A stretch of 64,000 nt of DNA from Eledone cirrhosa. Taxonomy: Eukaryota. The notes beneath the pieces were generated by a model. That model was not told the origin of the DNA. It was given only the letters and a program-made list of their open reading frames with translations, and made no database searches. Below are positions 53,995 to 64,000 of this stretch, one piece after another. Position 1 is the first letter of the stretch, and every line of letters begins with the position of its first letter. The stretch lies in contig OZ024747.1 in assembly GCA_964016885.1 (NCBI GenBank), positions 66,960,001 to 67,024,000 on the forward strand. Reading direction: 5' to 3'. Position numbers and translations under genes: made by a program.

Positions 53995-54458
53995 CATAAT
54001 TTTAATACAAAACAAGGATATTTGATGTTGTACAATGACGAGGAATGAACGAAAGTAATAATCCTGCTTGTTTTCAATGCCTCTATTGTGCAAAACCACA
54101 AGGACCAATGTAATAAAAAGCGAAATATTCTGTATGTCCACAGTCATTGAGATATCAAGGAAGGGGGAGGGATGTTGAAAATAAACCAGATGTTCTGCAA
54201 TACACCACGAGATTCTATATTCAAGTATTGTAAAAGTACGTAAATAAATCAATAAATATTTATATAAACAAATACATAAATGAAAACCGGGGTGATATCG
54301 GGAATAAATGTTAGGAAAGTGGGGGTAAATAGATACATTTATAGACAGTATTGTATGAATATTCAAAGAGGACTCAACCAAAAGAAAATAGTGAACAAAT
54401 AAATACGTATGGATCTTCGTTCCCCAAAAGGAAATGGAAATGCACAACCAAAATAGAG

Positions 54459-54570
<112 letters not shown>

Positions 54571-54624
54571 ATATGTATACATATATATATATATATATAT
54601 ATACATATATATACACACACACAC

Positions 54625-54664
<40 letters not shown>

Positions 54665-55597
54665 GGATATATATATATATATATATATATGTATACATAT
54701 ATGTTTGTGAGTGTGTATGTATGCGTGTGTGTGTGTGTTGTGTTTTTTTTATTCATATCACGCAAAACTGAATCACGCCCACTTTTTGGCTTTTGTTTAA
54801 ATGACTAAATAAATCTCCACAGAACAGCAACAGTTATGTTGATGTCCACGTGATAAGATGTCAGTGACAATGTAACATGATTATAGTATTGGATATTCAC
54901 AGCAACGTATAGTATAAGAGAAGAAATTGTTTTCAGAATTAGACTTAATGCATTGCATAAACAACAACAAAAAATTGGTTCATGTATATTTGTATTGAAT
55001 ACACACACACACATGTATATATATATATGTGGGGGGGGGGGTTGTGTGTGTGTTTATACATATATTTATATATGTTAAACATATATACACATATATGTAT
55101 ATATATATATATATGATGTATATAAACATATATACAAAGGTTCAGACAAGTTGAGAAACAAATATACGTTTGGCAAGGTGAGGTTTAAGTTCAATGTGAG
55201 TTGATAATCAGTAGGTATGATGGGTGTAGAGCATCTAGAGTTAATCCAGTGTTTGCAGTTAATTCACTGCATTGTTATATTGTGCACAGAGCATATAAGC
55301 TAGACGCGTTCGATCATCGCCTTAGAAAACAAGATGAACTGATAGAACAACGCCAGAATCAACAGCTTTGCAAGAGATGGCGACTTGTATTGACTTATTT
55401 CTCTAAGAAATATTTTTCGTTTCTGCCACTGCCCACTCCCCTCTATCTGCCTATTTCTCCTTTGATTTCTCAGTCCATTTAAGGATGAAGGACTTGCGTC
55501 CAAAACGTTAAGACCCTTTTCCTACCATATCAAGCGTAAAACTAATAATATATTTCTTCATTCTGCTGTATCATTTGCTTTATTTCTGTCTGCCTTT

Positions 55598-55667
<70 letters not shown>

Positions 55668-55760
55668 TGTGTGTGTGTATGTGTGTGTGTGTGTGTAAAC
55701 AAAGCTGTTGGAAATTTTTTAATTTAAAATGTGTGCGCCCCAACGCAAATAACCATTATA

Positions 55761-55874
55761 ATGGTCAATCACTATAAATTTTAGGAGAGAAAAATCTGGC
55801 AATGTACACATTTATTGCCTGACGAGAAGTACTTTACCTGATTTTCTCAACTATTTTTTATAGTGATCGACTAT
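55761..55874. mobile_element. Small MITE-like relic with ~18-bp terminal inverted repeats
   Basis: atggtcaatcactataaa ... tttatagtgatcgactat, TA-flanked. Confidence 0.5.
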
Positions 55875-56177
55875 ATATATGTTTGTCTCTGTGCGGGACG
55901 AGGGTAGTGACTCCTGCATAAATACACTCCTTCTTCATAAATCTTAAATTTCACTAGTGATTCCATGTTCTTAGTAATATTTTACCATTCTGACTCATCC
56001 TAGTTGAATATAGACTGCATTTCGTGTGTTGTTGTCGTTGGGGATGTTGATGATTGAATATTTATAGTTGCAGCCACTGAGTGGATTGGAGCAAAACGAA
56101 ATAAAGAATATGGCTGACGAACACATGACGACTGATGCGGGAAGCAAACTGAACAATTTTGTGTCAAGGATTATTAT

Positions 56178-56860
56178 TGGCAGTATCCGTAGAACGTCAG
56201 ACACCATGCTTTGCAGCATAGAGTTATGGTCCTTTATGTTCTGAGCTCAAATCCCGCTGAAGTTAACTTTGCCTTTCATCCTTACGGGGTCGATTAAATA
56301 AAGTACCAGTAATGCACTGAGGTTGATTTAATCGACTTTCCCCTCCCCAAAATTGATGGCCTTGTGCTTATATAAGAAACTATTATTATTGTATATTGGA
56401 TTGTATATTGGTGGTTGGCAGTATCGGTAGAGGGTCGGACGCCACGCTTTTCAGTATAGAGTTACGTCCCTTTATGATTTGAGTTCAAATCCCGCCGAGG
56501 TTAGATTTGTCTTTCATGTTTACGGGGTTGATAAAATAAAGCACCAGTAATGCACTGGGGTCAATTTAATCGACTTTGCTCTCCCCACAAAATTGTTGGC
56601 CTTGTGCCTAAATCAGAGATCATTATTATTATTATCATTAGAGCAGTGGACTAGCAGTATCGGTAGGGCATCGGACACCATACTTTGCAGCATAGAGTTG
56701 CGACCCTTTACATTCAGAGTTCAAATCCCACCAAGGTTAGCTTTGCCTTTCATCCTTACGGGATCGATAAAATAAAGTACCTGTAATATGCTAGGGTCGA
56801 TTTAATCGACTTTCCCTCCCCCTCTACATTGCTGGCCCTTTGTCTTTCGTAGAAATCATT
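56178..56860 (+). mobile_element. Three tandem copies of the tRNA-derived SINE separated by (ATT)n tails
   Basis: Units at about 56178, 56408 and 56640, each with B-box, core and an agaaa..att tail. Confidence 0.9.
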
Positions 56861-57214
56861 TCCATTGTTACTATCACACTGTTGCCAATTGTTGCTGACG
56901 TTGTTACTGTCTTTGTAATGTCTCCTTCATCCGATATCCATGCGGCAAATAAAAGAAATCATTACTATTGTTTCTGTTGTTGATGCTCCTACTGATGCTC
57001 TTATGTTATTTTTGTTGCAGTTTTTCGGCTTTTTTTAATCTTTTTCCCCCATTTACTTCTGTCTATTCCTGAAACATTGACGAATGGAATTTTTTTCCCC
57101 TCTGTATCGATATTTCTAGCATTTGAACACCAATAAATAGACTGGACGGCTATGCTTCGATTTAAATAACCTAGAGGGAATGATAACGGAAACGCACACA
57201 CACAGACACACACA

Positions 57215-57280
<66 letters not shown>

Positions 57281-57584
57281 AACTGTATTTGACACGCTCA
57301 AATATACATATACAAACACGTGCACACACTACCATTAACACCAACACCACCACCACCCCTGACAACAACAACAACATCACCATTAACAATCCCACTCCTT
57401 CATTATCATTGCTTGGATCTCGCGTGCAAAAGTAATATTTAAATAAGCTGGAAAAATCAAATAATAATAACAATAATAACAACAACAACTAAAAATGCGT
57501 AATTACCTAGAGCAAGTCAGATAACTAACAATGTATGATCATGTGGAAATATGGTTCCCAGATAAATTGACGAAGGGATGGGAT

Positions 57585-57711
57585 ACATATATATATATGT
57601 ATGTATATATATATGTATATATATATATGTATATATATATATGTATATACATATATATATATGTATATATATATATGTATATATATATATGTATATACAT
57701 ATATATATATG

Positions 57712-57751
<40 letters not shown>

Positions 57752-57803
57752 CATATATATATGTATTTATATATATATATATGTATATACATATATATAT
57801 ATG

Positions 57804-57853
<50 letters not shown>

Positions 57854-58099
57854 TGTATTTATATATATATATATATATATGTATATACATATATATGTAT
57901 TTATATATATATATATATATGTATGTATATACATATATATATATGTATTTATATATATATATATGTATGTATATACATATATATATATGTATTTATATAT
58001 ATATATATATATATATGTATATACATATATATGTATTTATATATATATATATATGTATGTATATACATATATATATGTATGTATATACATATATATATG

Positions 58100-58142
<43 letters not shown>

Positions 58143-58285
58143 ATACATATATATATATATGTATATATATGTATGTATGTATATACATATATATATATGT
58201 ATATATATGTATGTATGTATATATATATATATATGTATATATATGTATGTATGTATATATATATATATATGTATATATATGTATG

Positions 58286-58316
<31 letters not shown>

Positions 58317-58325
58317 GTATGTATG

Positions 58326-58362
<37 letters not shown>

Positions 58363-58503
58363 ATACATATATATATGTATGTATGTATATACATATATAT
58401 ATATGTATGTATGTATATACATATATATATATGTATATATATGTATGTATGTATATATATATATATATGTATGTATATATATATATATGTATATATATGT
58501 ATG

Positions 58504-58548
<45 letters not shown>

Positions 58549-58726
58549 CTATGTATATACATATATATATATGTATATATATGTATGTATGTATATACAT
58601 ATATATATATGTATATATATGTATGTATATACATATATATATATGTATATATATGTATGTATGTCTATACATATATATATATGTATATATATGTATGTAT
58701 GCATATACATATATATATATCTATTT

Positions 58727-58758
<32 letters not shown>

Positions 58759-58765
58759 GTATATA

Positions 58766-58852
<87 letters not shown>
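57585..58852. repeat. 1.27-kb compound (TA)n microsatellite with recurring gtatatacat/gtattt/gtatgtat interruptions
   Basis: Directly visible. Confidence 0.95.
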
Positions 58853-58862
<10 letters not shown>

Positions 58863-60278
58863 GGGGGAGAAAGAGGGAGAGAGAGGGGGAGATGAGATAT
58901 CGAAGGAATACTGAGATGGCTGGGATAGCATGTGAATATCGAAGTGAAGGGAAAGATAATGTTTTGATCCTAGTTTCTGAAATAAATGCTAAACAGGCAA
59001 AAGAATAGAAGATGGAGAGTTGAAAATGATGTGGAAAAGATGATTGTGAGGGGGATGTTGGGTCTTTCGTCTTCAATTGACTGGAATGGAATGGATATCT
59101 CATTCCACGAAGAGTTTGTACTCTTTGTGGAATGAAATTTCCATTCCAAAAAAAGAAAATAAATAGTGAATATTGCATCATTGCAAACTAAATTGGGAAA
59201 TATAGTCGCCATACTGCAGATAACTATAATTATAGGTAATAACTATGTTAATAGTTGAAGAAATCACGTTAAATACAAACGGAGACGAAATAGTGAACAG
59301 AGACGCACACGCGAGATACATGGTTCGATTCCCTGCAGACCCTTCTATCCCTCTTTTCCATCTCCAGTGGTACTTTATGAGATTTATTGAACTGTTATAC
59401 ATAGTGATCAATTATTTTTGTAATTATCTGCATTGTAATGAATTGATTTTAAAATTCCATGTTTCCTTAAGCTTCGTATGTCAACTTTTTTACATTCCCA
59501 ACTAACCTTCCTTTGCTGCTATGTCCTTGGGAAGCAGCTGACATCTACCATGCTGACAGGGGTCAGAGTTCGACCCATCCCCATTTCCTCCCTTCTTTTA
59601 AAAATGTTTCTATTTATTTATTTCCTCTTTCTGTTTGTAAGTATATACAAATGTGTATGATTAAATGGGCAAAAGGCTGTAGTCCCCAATATCATTGATC
59701 ACAGCTCATACAAATCCATTCTCTGTGTTTGACACCAGTCGATTTATTTCTTACAGAGGAAGAGAGGGAGAGAAATACAGAGTGGTAGAGAGAGAGGGGG
59801 AACACTGATAGTCTATTTATCGCCCACGGAGACGATAAAAAAAAAGTTGGCCTTGGTAAATAATACTAATTATCTGATGTGATCCATTCTTCATCAGCTA
59901 AACAAATTAAATAAATTAGTTAAGTATTGTAATCAATTTGATTTACAACATTAATTATACTTAATTATAAAGTGAATCTCGCTGTTACAACTAGTTTCCT
60001 TAGATTTTATGATACAAAAGCAAACAGCTTTAGCTTGTGAATAACATTGATTAAAGACGTGTATATCAGAGTATTTTAAACTGCTCAATACTGACATTTT
60101 CTAATGAAACAATAGATATTCTCACAATTACCATATCAATAATAGCTGTAGTACACTATAGCATCAGTATCAACACTATCAACAGGAATAACAGTAATGT
60201 TTAAAGACCAAGGACATCCTCAGCAGTAGCAGCAGCAACAACGGTAAAATATAAGAAAAACGACATAATCAGCAACAG

Positions 60279-60315
<37 letters not shown>

Positions 60316-60432
60316 GGCCGCAGCAACAGCAGCGGCAGCAGCAACAACAACAGCAGCAGCAACAGCAGTAGAATATAAAGACCAATAAAAGTATCAGCAG
60401 TATCACCAGCAATAATTGAGATATAAGGACCA

Positions 60433-60653
60433 ATAACGATTTCTAGTATAGGCACAAGGCCAGTAATTTGGGGGGAGGGGAAAGTCGATTAAATCGACCC
60501 CAGTACGTTACTGGTGCTTTATTTTATCGACCCCTTAAGGATGAAAGGCAAAGTTAACCTTAGCGGGATTTGAACTCATACTGCACAGGGCGGTAACTCT
60601 ATGTTGCAAAGCAAGGTGTCCGACTCTCTATCGATACTGCGAATCCACTGCCC
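60433..60653 (-). mobile_element. tRNA-derived SINE, full length
   Basis: Same family; ataaggaccaataac / atatggaccaataac on the flanks looks like a target-site duplication. Confidence 0.88.
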
Positions 60654-60897
60654 TTATATGGACCAATAACATCAGCACAACAGTTACAAATGTAGAAGTC
60701 GTAGAATGTTAGTAATTGGAAAGTTTCAATGCTCTGAAGAATTATGTCTAACGCATTGGGTGCTTCCCCTTTAAGAAAGAAGAATTATATATTATAGGCA
60801 TCATCGAGTAAATATTCTTACTATATTTATAGTCTATGATTATTGTATAGAATATGTTAGATGTAATAAGATTTAACACTGGTGATCCGGGAGCTAG

Positions 60898-61250
60898 GTT
60901 CATAATTTCAAGTAATGTGTTATAACCACAATGTATACATTCTATTGTGTATTCATTCTTCTCTGAGAATATACATTTCTCTCTTTCAATTTTTTTTTAT
61001 TCTCATTTTATAACAATTCCAAATACTTTGTTATAACCACAATACACACAAGCTATTGGATATCCATTCATCTCTAAATATAAACGTCTCTCTCTCTCTC
61101 TTTCCATTGCTAGTATCCACAGTATAACAATTTCAAGTTATTATTATAACCATTGCATACACTTACTCTATGGGTATCTATTATTCTCTGTACTTTGTAT
61201 CATAATATACACACTATTAAGTATCAATTCTGAAAATATAAACATTTCTC
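60898..61250. repeat. Degenerate ~110-bp tandem repeat, about 3 units
   Basis: Recurring aatt.caa.ta....ttataacca...aca..ctat.g.gtat.cattc.tctct. Confidence 0.55.
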
Positions 61251-61964
61251 TCTTACGATAATTCTTCTTCTTCCAATTTGGGAGGGGCATAATCGCTATT
61301 GGGGGCTTCCTATGGAAATTGCATACAAATATAGTTGGTCTTTCGTAGTGAAAATGTTGGGAACCATAGATTTAGGATGATATGTATTTAAATATAAGAA
61401 TAAATGATTTAGTAGGGTGACGTTATAATTGAGACTGATGGCCAAAGAATACAAACAGGTTATTGAACGAATAAATGTGTGTGGGAGTATGTTGGGAATA
61501 CAAATGAAATAATGAAATACGATTATTGTATCAATCATTGTTTTGTTTTTGTTTTGTTTTTTTTCAAATCTGCGAGAGTTAAACCAACAACAGGTCGCTC
61601 CATAAATAAAATAAAATAAAATAAAATAGAAGGACGTGATAATGTCGAACGGATATTTAAACGGAAACTGAATGTTATGCACTAAAATGTAGCCGTTATA
61701 AAATGCAATTTATGGCTTTGAAAGTTCAACAATAGATTTTAATGGGTAATTTGTATGCTGAAAATGTTCAATAACTGTTTTATGATACATTTAATAGTAA
61801 ATTGACAATATAAGTGAGTGGCAAAGGATTTAAAAATATTTTAAGCTATGGTGAGGAAATAATGTGCTTTAAGAGAAATCTAATGAAACCACCTAAAATA
61901 CCACCAATAATGAAAAGGGACAAGAAAGATAAGAAACGGTAATTAACATATGATAAATGGCTAG

Positions 61965-62129
61965 ATAATTGTTTCTACTTTAGGCACAAGGCCAGCAATT
62001 ACCCAGTGCATTACTGGTACTTTATTTTATCGACCCCTAAGGATGAAAGGCAAAGTCAACCTCGGCGGGATTTGAACTCAGATCGTAAAGGGACGTAACT
62101 ATGCTGGAAAGCATGGCGTCCGACCCTAC
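61965..62129 (-). mobile_element. tRNA-derived SINE, 5'-truncated
   Basis: Near-identical to 19014-19180. Confidence 0.88.
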
Positions 62130-62254
62130 ATAATCAACAACAGTGAATACAGTAGGGGTCACGCAAAGTGAGGGAAACCAAGTGACCAGCTGGGGAAAAT
62201 TGTTAATAGAATCATGATGGCATAGCGTAACAAATAACGATTCGGTCATACATA

Positions 62255-62285
<31 letters not shown>

Positions 62286-62526
62286 CTGTGTGTGTGTGTG
62301 TGTGTGTCTGTCTGTCTGTGTGCGTGTGTGTGCGCGCGTGTGTGTGTCTGTGTGTGTGTGTGTGTGCGCGTGTGTGTGCGTGTGTGTCTGTGTGCGTGTG
62401 TGTGTTTGTAATTTTCAAAAAGCCGGTATTATGGGGTAGGAAAATACAAAGGGCAAATGATAACAAATAAAATAAAATAAAGATTTACCTGTGTTTCAGC
62501 ATGAGATTTCAGAGCTATATATATAT

Positions 62527-62856
62527 ATAGTATAAAGAAAACGAAAAATCAGTGATGCATCTGGACTTAATTTATTGCATGTTACAATTGTTTCTCCGGC
62601 TGGTAGCTCGAGACATGATCCTTGTATGTTTCTGGCTGATTCTACTTCTGCAGAGTATTTAGTTTGGAGCAAATTTTATCACTCAGTGATAAAATTTGCT
62701 CCAAACGAAATACTCGTGTCTGAATGAACCTGCAGAAGTAGAATCAGCCAGAAACATACAAGGACCATGTCTCGAGCTACCAGCCGGAGAAACAATTGTA
62801 ACACACAATAAATTAAGTCCAGATGCATCACTGATTTTTCGTTTTCTTTATACTAT
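62527..62856. repeat. 330-bp near-perfect inverted repeat centred on 62684
   Basis: Arms 62527-62683 and 62685-62856; about 4 mismatches and one 15-nt indel. Confidence 0.95.
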
Positions 62857-62955
62857 CTACACTCTACTCTGATGAATATCGAGTGCTAATTTTGGGGCAT
62901 ACCGCCTATGGAAGCACCATAGCTACCATTATACATAACTATATATATATATATA

Positions 62956-63005
<50 letters not shown>

Positions 63006-63059
63006 AAAATGTAGCGTTCACGTTTTCAAACAATCGTTCATAATACATACACACTCACT

Positions 63060-63116
<57 letters not shown>

Positions 63117-63233
63117 ATATATATAGAGAGAGAGAGATACATATACACGAACATAGACAAATTCTTTCTTCTCTCTGTATCTACATTTCGATGAAAGAAA
63201 AGCGTCAGGAACATCAATACTATTTTCAAAAAT

Positions 63234-63418
<185 letters not shown>

Positions 63419-64000
63419 AGTGAAAATGTGTAGGTAGATGGGGCCAGCTTTCTGTGTTTGATATATTCCCAGTTATTTGGTGTATTGCAATTAATGCATA
63501 AATGACCTCCGAACACGTAAGATAATCTTCGGGCGAAATCACATATATACAAATACGTATTTGCAATTATATGAATTATTAATTATTGATAAGTAGCATA
63601 AGAGAAGTGCTTTAATTAATGGGCGAATCTATATTAGCATCAGAAGGTGGTCATTATTCAAATCTTATTTTACTACAGATAATGCTTCTACGATTGGCCA
63701 ATTAATAGTTAAAGACTTTTAAGCTTTTCACTAATGGCAAAATGATCAACAGAGGGGAAGAAAAACCACATATTATGCATAGTTGTATGTATAAACTTAA
63801 TTATCTTACTGTGAACTTCAGCTGTCAGCTCTTGGCTAAATTAAACGGAAGACTTTCTGACTGTTATCTCGTCGCCCACACTGCATTTCGTACATGTCAA
63901 AATCATTTACTTCACAATTGATCTATTCCTCTAGATCTAAACAAGTTCATATATATATATATATATAGACCTGTTATGTTTATCTAAAGACATTTTTCCA

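Noticed and set aside
56178-56860. Regularly spaced repeats that could be read as a CRISPR array or tRNA gene cluster
   Set aside because: Eukaryotic context; the units are ~200-bp SINEs without a complete cloverleaf or unique spacers.
57531-59008. Long ORFs (417-476 aa) of IYIY/YVCM type, and similar ORFs throughout the window
   Set aside because: Translations of stop-free dinucleotide microsatellites; no coding signal.
59870-59900. Isolated CTGANGA heptamers (59891-, 5858+, 55819+, 62869+, 17352-)
   Set aside because: No properly placed GAAA, UH and closing stem I.

Overview
AT-rich, microsatellite-dense animal DNA, inferred to be a cephalopod (octopus-like). The whole window appears to lie inside one minus-strand host gene, calexcitin (an EF-hand protein of the sarcoplasmic Ca-binding protein family). 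Four internal coding exons (52428-52480, 32467-32577, 25480-25612, 21661-21758) splice in frame through GT-AG sites; the first and last coding exons were not found and are presumably outside the window. The introns are filled with retroelements: five Tx1-type LINE copies, four Dong/R4-type copies, a CR1-group LINE, a Neptune-like Penelope element, a CRE-type fragment, a deleted Gypsy LTR element, a non-autonomous RTE derivative, and about 14 copies of a tRNA-derived SINE. Main unexplained signals: (1) about 16 type I hammerhead ribozyme motifs (10 with an intact core), mostly in short non-coding units next to (TA)n tracts, with sense-strand copies in four calexcitin introns; (2) fold-back palindromes coupled to these ribozymes; (3) a SINE sharing its 3' tail and (ATT)n target with a Tx1 LINE; (4) recurrent head-to-head fusions of unrelated retroelements inside single microsatellites; (5) a possible 120-bp in-frame cassette exon. 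All calls were made by eye; element boundaries are approximate and family names rest on motif recall, not database searches.
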